A stretch of 64,000 nt of DNA, from NCBI GenBank assembly GCA_046563655.1, contig CM102287.1, positions 434,001 to 498,000 on the forward strand, read 5' to 3'. Every line of letters starts with the position of its first letter. Position 1 is the first letter of the stretch. This document shows positions 13,401 to 28,400 of the stretch, piece by piece. The position numbers and the translations under genes are program-made. Under the pieces are notes generated by a model. The model saw only the letters and a list, made by a program, of their open reading frames with translations, made no database searches and was not told the origin of the DNA. Source of the DNA: Yuukianura sp. NJ FZ-2021. Its lineage: Eukaryota.

Positions 13401-16400
13401 ACTCCGACGGCAATGGAACTTCAGGGGATCCCATTATTACATTTTCTAAATCAAAATCGAACATTCAGCATTATTTGTTATTTTGATTAAAATTTTTAGG
13501 AAATACTTTTTTATGTCATACTACCACCTTGCACTTAAAATAAAGCACACCTGAATAACTGGTGTTCAACAATAATCTGGAATTATATTTTAGCCCAACT
13601 CCACTATGCAACAAGTGCATAAATCTAACTGTCATTTTGGTATAAACTAATGTGGGAACTATACAACGAAGTTTTAAACATACTGAAAAGTGGAATTTAT
13701 GCCTTGTTATCGCTTATAACCATCTGCAAGGAACGCATCTAATACCGGTCCACTTTGTCGTAGTGCATCAACGACTATTACACACGGTGAACCACTTGTT
13801 GTCAGCCTTCATTTTTGAGCACAAAGGAGAAGTGCCGGTGAAATGACAAGCTCGCCCTCACTACAGATACCAACCAGTACTCATTTTGACACTACGAATC
13901 ACAATGACTCCGACGGCAATGGAACTTCAGGGGATCCCATTATTACATTTTCTAAATCAAAATCGAACATTCAGCATTATTTGTTATTTTGATTAAAATT
14001 TTTAGGAAATACTTTTTTATGTCATACTACCACCTTGCACTTCCAATAAAGCACACCTGAATAACTGGTGTTCAACAATAATCTGGAATTATATTTTAGC
14101 CCAACTCCACTATGCAACAAGTGCATAAATCTAACTGTCATTTTGGTATAAACTAATGTGGGAACTATACAACGAAGTTTTAAACATACTGAAAAATGGA
14201 ATTTATGCCTTGTTATCGCTTATAACCATCTGCAAGGAACGCATCTAATACCGGTCCACTTTGTCGTAGTGCATCAACGACTATTACACACGGTGAACCA
14301 CTTGTTGTCAGCCTTCATTTTTGAGCACAAAGGAGAAGTGCCGGTGAAATGACAAGCTCGCCCTCACTACAGATACCAACCAGTACTCATTTTGACACTA
14401 TGAATCACAATGACTCCGACGGCAATGGAACTTCAGGGGATCCCATTATTACATTTTCTAAATCAAAATCGAACATTCAGCATTATTTGTTATTTTGATT
14501 AAAATTTTTAGGAAATACTTTTTTATGTCATACTAGCACCTTGCACTTAAAATAAAGCACACCTGAATAACTGGTGTTCAACAATAATCTGGAATTATAT
14601 TTTAGCCCAACTCCACTATGCAACAAGTGCATAAATCTAACTGTCATTTTGGTATAAACTAATGTGGGAACTATACAACGAAGTTTTAAACATACTGAAA
14701 AGTGGAATTTATGCCTTGTTATCGCTTATAACCATCTGCAAGGAACGAATCTAATACCGGTCTACTTTATCGTAGTGCATCAACGACTATTACACACGGT
14801 GAACCACTTGTTGTCAGCCTTAATTTTTGAGCACAAAGGAGAAGTGCCGGTGAAATGACAAGCTCGCCCTCACTACAGATACCAACCAGTACTCATTTTG
14901 ACACTACGAATCACAATGACTCCGACGGCAATGGAACTTCAGGGGATCCCATTATTACATTTTCTAAATCAAAATCGAACATTCAGCATTATTTGTTATT
15001 TTGATTAAAATTTTTAGGAAATAGTTTTTTATGTCATACTACCACCTTGCACTTCCAATAAAGCACACCTGAATAACTGGTGTTCAACAATAATCTGGAA
15101 TTATATTTTAGCCCAACTCCACTATGCAACAAGTGCATAAATCTAACTGTCATTTTGGTATAAACTAATGTGGGAACTATACAACGAAGTTTTAAACATA
15201 CTGAAAAGTGGAATTTATGCCTTGTTATCGCTTATAACCATCTTCATGGAACGCATCTAATACCGGTCCACTTAGTCGTAGTGCATCAACGACTATTACA
15301 CACGGTGAACCACTTGTTGTCAGCCTTCATTTTTGAGCACAAAGGAGAAGTGCCGGTGAAATTACAAGCTCGCCCTCACTACAGATACCAACCAGTACTC
15401 ATTTTGACACTATGAATCACAATGACTCCGACGGCAATGGAACTTCAGGGGATCCCATTATTACATTTTCTAAATCAAAATCGAACATTCAGCATTATTT
15501 GTTATTTTGATTAAAATTTTTAGGAAATACTTTTTTATGTCATACTACCACCTTGCACTTCCAATAAAGCACACCTGAATAACTGGTGTTCAACAATAAT
15601 CTGGAATTATATTTTAGCCCAACTCCACTATGCAACAAGTGCATAAATCTAACTGTCATTTTGGTATAAACTAATGTGGGAACTATACAACGAAGTTTTA
15701 AACATACTGAAAAGTGGAATTTATGCCTTGTTATCGCTTATAACCATCTGCAAGGAACGAATCTAATACCGGTCCACTTTATCGTAGTGCATCAACGACT
15801 ATTACACACGGTGAACCACTTGTTGTCAGCCTTAATTTTTGAGCACAAAGGAGAAGTGCAGGTGAAATGACAAGCTCGCCCTCACTACAGATACCAACCA
15901 GTACTCATTTTGACACTACGAATCACAATGACTCCAACGGCAATGGAACTTCAGGGGATCCCATTATTACATTTTCTAAATCAAAATCGAACATTCAGCA
16001 TTATTTGTTATTTTGATTAAAATTTTTAGGAAATACTTTTTTATGTCATACTACCACCTTGCACTTCCAATAAAGCACACCTGAATAACTGGTGTTCAAC
16101 AATAATCTGGAATTATATTTTAGCCCAACTCCACTATGCAACAAGTGCATAAATCTAACTGTCATTTTGGTATAAACTAATGTGGGAACTATACAACGAA
16201 GTTTTAAACATACTGAAAAGTGGAATTTATGCCTTGTTATCGCTTATAACCATCTGCAAGGAACGAATCTAATACCGGTCCACTTTATCGTAGTGCATCA
16301 ACGACTATTACACACGGTGAACCACTTGTTGTCAGCCTTAATTTTTGAGCACAAAGGAGAAGTGCCGGTGAAATGACAAGCTCGCCCTCACTACAGATAC

Positions 16401-19400
16401 CAACCAGTACTCATTTTGACACTACGAATCACAATGACTCCGACGGCAATGGAACTTCAGGGGATCCCATTATTACATTTTCTAAATCAAAATCGAACAT
16501 TCAGCATTATTTGTTATTTTGATTAAAATTTTTAGGAAATACTTTTTTATGTCATACTAGCACCTTGCACTTAAAATAAAGCACACCTGAATAACTGGTG
16601 TTCAACAATAATCTGGAATTATATTTTAGCCCAACTCCACTATGCAACAAGTGCATAAATCTAACTGTCATTTTGGTATAAACTAATGTGGGAACTATAC
16701 AACGAAGTTTTAAACATACTGAAAAGTGGAATTTATGCCTTGTTATCGCTTATAACCATCTGCAAGGAACGAATCTAATACCGGTCCACTTTATCGTAGT
16801 GCATCAACGACTATTACACACGGTGAACCACTTGTTGTCAGCCTTAATTTTTGAGCACAAAGGAGAAGTGCCGGTGAAATGACAAGCTCGCCCTCACTAC
16901 AGATACCAACCAGTACTCATTTTGACACTACGAATCACAATGACTCCGACGGCAATGGAACTTCAGGGGATCCCATTATTACATTTTCTAAATCAAAATC
17001 GAACATTCAGCATTATTTGTTATTTTGATTAAAATTTTTAGGAAATACTTTTTTATGTCATACTACCACCTTGCACTTCTAATAAAGCACACCTGAATAA
17101 CTGGTGTTCAACAATAATCTGGAATTATATTTTAGCCCAACTCCACTATGCAACAAGTGCATAAATCTAACTGTCATTTTGGTATAAACTAATGTGGGAA
17201 CTATACAACGAAGTTTTAAACATACTGAAAAGTGGAATTTATGCCTTGTTATCGCTTATAACCATCTTCATGGAACGCATCTAATACCGGTCCACTTAGT
17301 CGTAGTGCATCAACGACTATTACACACGGTGAACCACTTGTTGTCAGCCTTCATTTTTGAGCACAAAGGAGAAGTGCCGGTGAAATTACAAGCTCGCCCT
17401 CACTACAGATACCAACCAGTACTCATTTTGACACTATGAATCACAATGACTCCGACGGCAATGGAACTTCAGGGGATCCCATTATTACATTTTCTAAATC
17501 AAAATCGAACATTCAGCATTATTTGTTATTTTGATTAAAATTTTTAGGAAATACTTTTTTATGTCATACTACCACCTTGCACTTCCAATAAAGCACACCT
17601 GAATAACTGGTGTTCAACAATAATCTGGAATTATATTTTAGCCCAACTCCACTATGCAACAAGTGCATAAATCTAACTGTCATTTTGGTATAAACTAATG
17701 TGGGAACTATACAACGAAGTTTTAAACATACTGAAAAGTGGAATTTATGCCTTGTTATCGCTTATAACCATCTGCAAGGAACGAATCTAATACCGGTCCA
17801 CTTTATCGTAGTGCATCAACGACTATTACACACGGTGAACCACTTGTTGTCAGCCTTAATTTTTGAGCACAAAGGAGAAGTGCCGGTGAAATGACAAGCT
17901 CGCCCTCACTACAGATACCAACCAGTACTCATTTTGACACTACGAATCACAATGACTCCGACGGCAATGGAACTTCAGGGGATCCCATTATTACATTTTC
18001 TAAATCAAAATCGAACATTCAGCATTATTTGTTATTTTGATTAAAATTTTTAGGAAATACTTTTTTATGTCATACTACCACCTTGCACTTCCAATAAAGC
18101 ACACCTGAATAACTGGTGTTCAACAATAATCTGGAATTATATTTTAGCCCAACTCCACTATGCAACAAGTGCATAAATCTAACTGTCATTTTGGTATAAA
18201 CTAATGTGGGAACTATACAACGAAGTTTTAAACATACTGAAAAGTGGAATTTATGCCTTGTTATCGCTTATAACCATCTGCAAGGAACGAATCTAATACC
18301 GGTCTACTTTATCGTAGTGCATCAACGACTATTACACACGGTGAACCACTTGTTGTCAGCCTTAATTTTTGAGCACAAAGGAGAAGTGCCGGTGAAATGA
18401 CAAGCTCGCCCTCACTACAGATACCAACCAGTACTCATTTTGACACTACGAATCACAATGACTCCGACGGCAATGGAACTTCAGGGGATCCCATTATTAC
18501 ATTTTCTAAATCAAAATCGAACATTCAGCATTATTTGTTATTTTGATTAAAATTTTTAGGAAATACTTTTTTATGTCATACTAGCACCTTGCACTTAAAA
18601 TAAAGCACACCTGAATAACTGGTGTTCAACAATAATCTGGAATTATATTTTAGCCCAACTCCACTATGCAACAAGTGCATAAATCTAACTGTCATTTTGG
18701 TATAAACTAATGTGGGAACTATACAACGAAGTTTTAAACATACTGAAAAGTGGAATTTATGCCTTGTTATCGCTTATAACCATCTGCAAGGAACGAATCT
18801 AATACCGGTCTACTTTATCGTAGTGCATCAACGACTATTACACACGGTGAACCACTTGTTGTCAGCCTTAATTTTTGAGCACAAAGGAGAAGTGCCGGTG
18901 AAATGACAAGCTCGCCCTCACTACAGATACCAACCAGTACTCATTTTGACACTACGAATCACAATGACTCCGACGGCAATGGAACTTCAGGGGATCCCAT
19001 TATTACATTTTCTAAATCAAAATCGAACATTCAGCATTATTTGTTATTTTGATTAAAATTTTTAGGAAATACTTTTTTATGTCATACTAGCACCTTGCAC
19101 TTAAAATAAAGCACACCTGAATAACTGGTGTTCAACAATAATCTGGAATTATATTTTAGCCCAACTCCACTATGCAACAAGTGCATAAATCTAACTGTCA
19201 TTTTGGTATAAACTAATGTGGGAACTATACAACGAAGTTTTAAACATACTGAAAAGTGGAATTTATGCCTTGTTATCGCTTATAACCATCTGCAAGGAAC
19301 GAATCTAATACCGGTCTACTTTATCGTAGTGCATCAACGACTATTACACACGGTGAACCACTTGTTGTCAGCCTTAATTTTTGAGCACAAAGGAGAAGTG

Positions 19401-22400
19401 CCGGTGAAATGACAAGCTCGCCCTCACTACAGATACCAACCAGTACTCATTTTGACACTACGAATCACAATGACTCCGACGGCAATGGAACTTCAGGGGA
19501 TCCCATTATTACATTTTCTAAATCAAAATCGAACATTCAGCATTATTTGTTATTTTGATTAAAATTTTTAGGAAATACTTTTTTATGTCATACTAGCACC
19601 TTGCACTTAAAATAAAGCACACCTGAATAACTGGTGTTCAACAATAATCTGGAATTATATTTTAGCCCAACTCCACTATGCAACAAGTGCATAAATCTAA
19701 CTGTCATTTTGGTATAAACTAATGTGGGAACTATACAACGAAGTTTTAAACATACTGAAAAGTGGAATTTATGCCTTGTTATCGCTTATAACCATCTGCA
19801 AGGAACGAATCTAATACCGGTCTACTTTATCGTAGTGCATCAACGACTATTACACACGGTGAACCACTTGTTGTCAGCCTTAATTTTTGAGCACAAAGGA
19901 GAAGTGCCGGTGAAATGACAAGCTCGCCCTCACTACAGATACCAACCAGTACTCATTTTGACACTACGAATCACAATGACTCCGACGGCAATGGAACTTC
20001 AGGGGATCCCATTATTACATTTTCTAAATCAAAATCGAACATTCAGCATTATTTGTTATTTTGATTAAAATTTTTAGGAAATACTTTTTTATGTCATACT
20101 AGCACCTTGCACTTAAAATAAAGCACACCTGAATAACTGGTGTTCAACAATAATCTGGAATTATATTTTAGCCCAACTCCACTATGCAACAAGTGCATAA
20201 ATCTAACTGTCATTTTGGTATAAACTAATGTGGGAACTATACAACGAAGTTTTAAACATACTGAAAAGTGGAATTTATGCCTTGTTATCGCTTATAACCA
20301 TCTGCAAGGAACGAATCTAATACCGGTCTACTTTATCGTAGTGCATCAACGACTATTACACACGGTGAACCACTTGTTGTCAGCCTTAATTTTTGAGCAC
20401 AAAGGAGAAGTGCCGGTGAAATGACAAGCTCGCCCTCACTACAGATACCAACCAGTACTCATTTTGACACTACGAATCACAATGACTCCGACGGCAATGG
20501 AACTTCAGGGGATCCCATTATTACATTTTCTAAATCAAAATCGAACATTCAGCATTATTTGTTATTTTGATTAAAATTTTTAGGAAATACTTTTTTATGT
20601 CATACTAGCACCTTGCACTTAAAATAAAGCACACCTGAATAACTGGTGTTCAACAATAATCTGGAATTATATTTTAGCCCAACTCCACTATGCAACAAGT
20701 GCATAAATCTAACTGTCATTTTGGTATAAACTAATGTGGGAACTATACAACGAAGTTTTAAACATACTGAAAAGTGGAATTTATGCCTTGTTATCGCTTA
20801 TAACCATCTGCAAGGAACGAATCTAATACCGGTCTACTTTATCGTAGTGCATCAACGACTATTACACACGGTGAACCACTTGTTGTCAGCCTTAATTTTT
20901 GAGCACAAAGGAGAAGTGCCGGTGAAATGACAAGCTCGCCCTCACTACAGATACCAACCAGTACTCATTTTGACACTACGAATCACAATGACTCCGACGG
21001 CAATGGAACTTCAGGGGATCCCATTATTACATTTTCTAAATCAAAATCGAACATTCAGCATTATTTGTTATTTTGATTAAAATTTTTAGGAAATACTTTT
21101 TTATGTCATACTAGCACCTTGCACTTAAAATAAAGCACACCTGAATAACTGGTGTTCAACAATAATCTGGAATTATATTTTAGCCCAACTCCACTATGCA
21201 ACAAGTGCATAAATCTAACTGTCATTTTGGTATAAACTAATGTGGGAACTATACAACGAAGTTTTAAACATACTGAAAAGTGGAATTTATGCCTTGTTAT
21301 CGCTTATAACCATCTGCAAGGAACGAATCTAATACCGGTCTACTTTATCGTAGTGCATCAACGACTATTACACACGGTGAACCACTTGTTGTCAGCCTTA
21401 ATTTTTGAGCACAAAGGAGAAGTGCCGGTGAAATGACAAGCTCGCCCTCACTACAGATACCAACCAGTACTCATTTTGACACTACGAATCACAATGACTC
21501 CGACGGCAATGGAACTTCAGGGGATCCCATTATTACATTTTCTAAATCAAAATCGAACATTCAGCATTATTTGTTATTTTGATTAAAATTTTTAGGAAAT
21601 ACTTTTTTATGTCATACTAGCACCTTGCACTTAAAATAAAGCACACCTGAATAACTGGTGTTCAACAATAATCTGGAATTATATTTTAGCCCAACTCCAC
21701 TATGCAACAAGTGCATAAATCTAACTGTCATTTTGGTATAAACTAATGTGGGAACTATACAACGAAGTTTTAAACATACTGAAAAGTGGAATTTATGCCT
21801 TGTTATCGCTTATAACCATCTGCAAGGAACGAATCTAATACCGGTCTACTTTATCGTAGTGCATCAACGACTATTACACACGGTGAACCACTTGTTGTCA
21901 GCCTTAATTTTTGAGCACAAAGGAGAAGTGCCGGTGAAATGACAAGCTCGCCCTCACTACAGATACCAACCAGTACTCATTTTGACACTACGAATCACAA
22001 TGACTCCGACGGCAATGGAACTTCAGGGGATCCCATTATTACATTTTCTAAATCAAAATCGAACATTCAGCATTATTTGTTATTTTGATTAAAATTTTTA
22101 GGAAATACTTTTTTATGTCATACTAGCACCTTGCACTTAAAATAAAGCACACCTGAATAACTGGTGTTCAACAATAATCTGGAATTATATTTTAGCCCAA
22201 CTCCACTATGCAACAAGTGCATAAATCTAACTGTCATTTTGGTATAAACTAATGTGGGAACTATACAACGAAGTTTTAAACATACTGAAAAGTGGAATTT
22301 ATGCCTTGTTATCGCTTATAACCATCTTCATGGAACGCATCTAATACCGGTCTACTTTGTCGTAGTGCATCAACGACTATTACACACGGTGAACCACTTG

Positions 22401-25400
22401 TTGTCAGCCTTCATTTTTGAGCTCAAAGGAGAAGTGCCGGTGAAATGACAAGCTCGCCCTCACTACAGATACCAACCAGTACTCATTTTGACACTATGAA
22501 TCACAATGACTCCGACGGCAATGGAACTTCAGGGGATCCCATTATTACATTTTCTAAATCAAAATCGAACATTCAGCATTATTTGTTATTTTGATTAAAA
22601 TTTTTAGGAAATACTTTTTTATGTCATACTACCACCTTGCACTTCCAATAAAGCACACCTGAATAACTGGTGTTCAACAATAATCTGGAATTATATTTTA
22701 GCCCAACTCCACTATGCAACAAGTGCATAAATCTAACTGTCATTTTGGTATAAACTAATGTGGGAACTATACAACGAAGTTTTAAACATACTGAAAAGTG
22801 GAATTTATGCCTTGTTATCGCTTATAACCATCTGCAAGGAACGAATCTAATACCGGTCCACTTTATCGTAGTGCATCAACGACTATTACACACGGTGAAC
22901 CACTTGTTGTCAGCCTTAATTTTTGAGCACAAAGGAGAAGTGCCGGTGAAATGACAAGCTCGCCCTCACTACAGATACCAACCAGTACTCATTTTGACAC
23001 TACGAATCACAATGACTCCGACGGCAATGGAACTTCAGGGGATCCCATTATTACATTTTCTAAATCAAAATCGAACATTCAGCATTATTTGTTATTTTGA
23101 TTAAAATTTTTAGGAAATACTTTTTTATGTCATACTACCACCTTGCACTTCCAATAAAGCACACCTGAATAACTGGTGTTCAACAATAATCTGGAATTAT
23201 ATTTTAGCCCAACTCCACTATGCAACAAGTGCATAAATCTAACTGTCATTTTGGTATAAACTAATGTGGGAACTATACAACGAAGTTTTAAACATACTGA
23301 AAAGTGGAATTTATGCCTTGTTATCGCTTATAACCATCTGCAAGGAACGAATCTAATACCGGTCTACTTTATCGTAGTGCATCAACGACTATTACACACG
23401 GTGAACCACTTGTTGTCAGCCTTAATTTTTGAGCACAAAGGAGAAGTGCCGGTGAAATGACAAGCTCGCCCTCACTACAGATACCAACCAGTACTCATTT
23501 TGACACTACGAATCACAATGACTCCGACGGCAATGGAACTTCAGGGGATCCCATTATTACATTTTCTAAATCAAAATCGAACATTCAGCATTATTTGTTA
23601 TTTTGATTAAAATTTTTAGGAAATACTTTTTTATGTCATACTAGCACCTTGCACTTAAAATAAAGCACACCTGAATAACTGGTGTTCAACAATAATCTGG
23701 AATTATATTTTAGCCCAACTCCACTATGCAACAAGTGCATAAATCTAACTGTCATTTTGGTATAAACTAATGTGGGAACTATACAACGAAGTTTTAAACA
23801 TACTGAAAAGTGGAATTTATGCCTTGTTATCGCTTATAACCATCTGCAAGGAACGAATCTAATACCGGTCTACTTTATCGTAGTGCATCAACGACTATTA
23901 CACACGGTGAACCACTTGTTGTCAGCCTTAATTTTTGAGCACAAAGGAGAAGTGCCGGTGAAATGACAAGCTCGCCCTCACTACAGATACCAACCAGTAC
24001 TCATTTTGACACTACGAATCACAATGACTCCGACGGCAATGGAACTTCAGGGGATCCCATTATTACATTTTCTAAATCAAAATCGAACATTCAGCATTAT
24101 TTGTTATTTTGATTAAAATTTTTAGGAAATACTTTTTTATGTCATACTAGCACCTTGCACTTAAAATAAAGCACACCTGAATAACTGGTGTTCAACAATA
24201 ATCTGGAATTATATTTTAGCCCAACTCCACTATGCAACAAGTGCATAAATCTAACTGTCATTTTGGTATAAACTAATGTGGGAACTATACAACGAAGTTT
24301 TAAACATACTGAAAAGTGGAATTTATGCCTTGTTATCGCTTATAACCATCTGCAAGGAACGAATCTAATACCGGTCTACTTTATCGTAGTGCATCAACGA
24401 CTATTACACACGGTGAACCACTTGTTGTCAGCCTTAATTTTTGAGCACAAAGGAGAAGTGCCGGTGAAATGACAAGCTCGCCCTCACTACAGATACCAAC
24501 CAGTACTCATTTTGACACTACGAATCACAATGACTCCGACGGCAATGGAACTTCAGGGGATCCCATTATTACATTTTCTAAATCAAAATCGAACATTCAG
24601 CATTATTTGTTATTTTGATTAAAATTTTTAGGAAATACTTTTTTATGTCATACTACCACCTTGCACTTCCAATAAAGCACACCTGAATAACTGGTGTTCA
24701 ACAATAATCTGGAATTATATTTTAGCCCAACTCCACTATGCAACAAGTGCATAAATCTAACTGTCATTTTGGTATAAACTAATGTGGGAACTATACAACG
24801 AAGTTTTAAACATACTGAAAAGTGGAATTTATGCCTTGTTATCGCTTATAACCATCTGCAAGGAACGCATCTAATACCGGTCCACTTTGTCGTAGTGCAT
24901 CAACGACTATTACACACGGTGAACCACTTGTTGTCAGCCTTCATCTTTGAGCACAAAGGAGAAGTGCCGGTGAAATGACAAGCTCGCCCTCACTACAGAT
25001 ACCAACCAGTACTCATTTTGACACTATGAATCACAATGACTCCGACGGCAATGGAACTTCAGGGGATCCCATTATTACATTTTCTAAATCAAAATCGAAC
25101 ATTCAGCATTATTTGTTATTTTGATTAAAATTTTTAGGAAATACTTTTTTATGTCATACTACCACCTTGCACTTCCAATAAAGCACACCTGAATAACTGG
25201 TGTTCAACAATAATCTGGAATTATATTTTAGCCCAACTCCACTATGCAACAAGTGCATAAATCTAACTGTCATTTTGGTATAAACTAATGTGGGAACTAT
25301 ACAACGAAGTTTTAAACATACTGAAAAGTGGAATTTATGCCTTGTTATCGCTTATAACCATCTGCAAGGAACGAATCTAATACCGGTCTACTTTATCGTA

Positions 25401-28400
25401 GTGCATCAACGACTATTACACACGGTGAACCACTTGTTGTCAGCCTTAATTTTTGAGCACAAAGGAGAAGTGCCGGTGAAATGACAAGCTCGCCCTCACT
25501 ACAGATACCAACCAGTACTCATTTTGACACTACGAATCACAATGACTCCGACGGCAATGGAACTTCAGGGGATCCCATTATTACATTTTCTAAATCAAAA
25601 TCGAACATTCAGCATTATTTGTTATTTTGATTAAAATTTTTAGGAAATACTTTTTTATGTCATACTACCACCTTGCACTTCCAATAAAGCACACCTGAAT
25701 AACTGGTGTTCAACAATAATCTGGAATTATATTTTAGCCCAACTCCACTATGCAACAAGTGCATAAATCTAACTGTCATTTTGGTATAAACTAATGTGGG
25801 AACTATACAACGAAGTTTTAAACATACTGAAAAGTGGAATTTATGCCTTGTTATCGCTTATAACCATCTGCAAGGAACGCATCTAATACCGGTCCACTTT
25901 GTCGTAGTGCATCAACGACTATTACACACGGTGAACCACTTGTTGTCAGCCTTCATCTTTGAGCACAAAGGAGAAGTGCCGGTGAAATGACAAGCTCGCC
26001 CTCACTACAGATACCAACCAGTACTCATTTTGACACTATGAATCACAATGACTCCGACGGCAATGGAACTTCAGGGGTTCCCATTATTACATTTTCTAAA
26101 TCAAAATCGAACATTCAGCATTATTTGTTATTTTGATTAAAATTTTTAGGAAATACTTTTTTATGTCATACTACCACCTTGCACTTCCAATAAAGCACAC
26201 CTGAATAACTGGTGTTCAACAATAATCTGGAATTATATTTTAGCCCAACTCCACTATGCAACAAGTGCATAAATCTAACTGTCATTTTGGTATAAACTAA
26301 TGTGGGAACTATACAACGAAGTTTTAAACATACTGAAAAGTGGAATTTATGCCTTGTTATCGCTTATAACCATCTGCAAGGAACGCATCTAATACCGGTC
26401 CACTTTGTCGTAGTGCATCAACGACTATTACACACGGTGAACCACTTGTTGTCAGCCTTCATCTTTGAGCACAAAGGAGAAGTGCCGGTGAAATGACAAG
26501 CTCGCCCTCACTACAGATACCAACCAGTACTCATTTTGACACTATGAATCACAATGACTCCGACGGCAATGGAACTTCAGGGGATCCCATTATTACATTT
26601 TCTAAATCAAAATCGAACATTCAGCATTATTTGTTATTTTGATTAAAATTTTTAGGAAATACTTTTTTATGTCATACTACCACCTTGCACTTCCAATAAA
26701 GCACACCTGAATAACTGGTGTTCAACAATAATCTGGAATTATATTTTAGCCCAACTCCACTATGCAACAAGTGCATAAATCTAACTGTCATTTTGGTATA
26801 AACTAATGTGGGAACTATACAACGAAGTTTTAAACATACTGAAAAGTGGAATTTATGCCTTGTTATCGCTTATAACCATCTGCAAGGAACGCATCTAATA
26901 CCGGTCCACTTTGTCGTAGTGCATCAACGACTATTACACACGGTGAACCACTTGTTGTCAGCCTTCATCTTTGAGCACAAAGGAGAAGTGCCGGTGAAAT
27001 GACAAGCTCGCCCTCACTACAGATACCAACCAGTACTCATTTTGACACTATGAATCACAATGACTCCGACGGCAATGGAACTTCAGGGGTTCCCATTATT
27101 ACATTTTCTAAATCAAAATCGAACATTCAGCATTATTTGTTATTTTGATTAAAATTTTTAGGAAATACTTTTTTATGTCATACTACCACCTTGCACTTCC
27201 AATAAAGCACACCTGAATAACTGGTGTTCAACAATAATCTGGAATTATATTTTAGCCCAACTCCACTATGCAACAAGTGCATAAATCTAACTGTCATTTT
27301 GGTATAAACTAATGTGGGAACTATACAACGAAGTTTTAAACATACTGAAAAGTGGAATTTATGCCTTGTTATCGCTTATAACCATCTGCAAGGAACGCAT
27401 CTAATACCGGTCCACTTTGTCGTAGTGCATCAACGACTATTACACACGGTGAACCACTTGTTGTCAGCCTTCATTTTTGAGCACAAAGGAGAAGTGCCGG
27501 TGAAATGACAAGCTCGCCCTCACTACAGATACCAACCAGTACTCATTTTGACACTATGAATCACAATGACTCCGACGGCAATGGAACTTCAGGGGATCCC
27601 ATTATTACATTTTCTAAATCAAAATCGAACATTCAGCATTATTTGTTATTTTGATTAAAATTTTTAGGAAATACTTTTTTATGTCATACTACCACCTTGC
27701 ACTTCCAATAAAGCACACCTGAATAACTGGTGTTCAACAATAATCTGGAATTATATTTTAGCCCAACTCCACTATGCAACAAGTGCATAAATCTAACTGT
27801 CATTTTGGTATAAACTAATGTGGGAACTATACAACGAAGTTTTAAACATACTGAAAAGTGGAATTTATGCCTTGTTATCGCTTATAACCATCTGCAAGGA
27901 ACGCATCTAATACCGGTCCACTTTGTCGTAGTGCATCAACGACTATTACACACGGTGAACCACTTGTTGTCAGCCTTCATTTTTGAGCACAAAGGAGAAG
28001 TGCCGGTGAAATGACAAGCTCGCCCTCACTACAGATACCAACCAGTACTCATTTTGACACTATGAATCACAATGACTCCGACGGCAATGGAACTTCAGGG
28101 GATCCCATTATTACATTTTCTAAATCAAAATCGAACATTCAGCATTATTTGTTATTTTGATTAAAATTTTTAGGAAATACTTTTTTATGTCATACTACCA
28201 CCTTGCACTTCCAATAAAGCACACCTGAATAACTGGTGTTCAACAATAATCTGGAATTATATTTTAGCCCAACTCCACTATGCAACAAGTGCATAAATCT
28301 AACTGTCATTTTGGTATAAACTAATGTGGGAACTATACAACGAAGTTTTAAACATACTGAAAAGTGGAATTTATGCCTTGTTATCGCTTATAACCATCTG

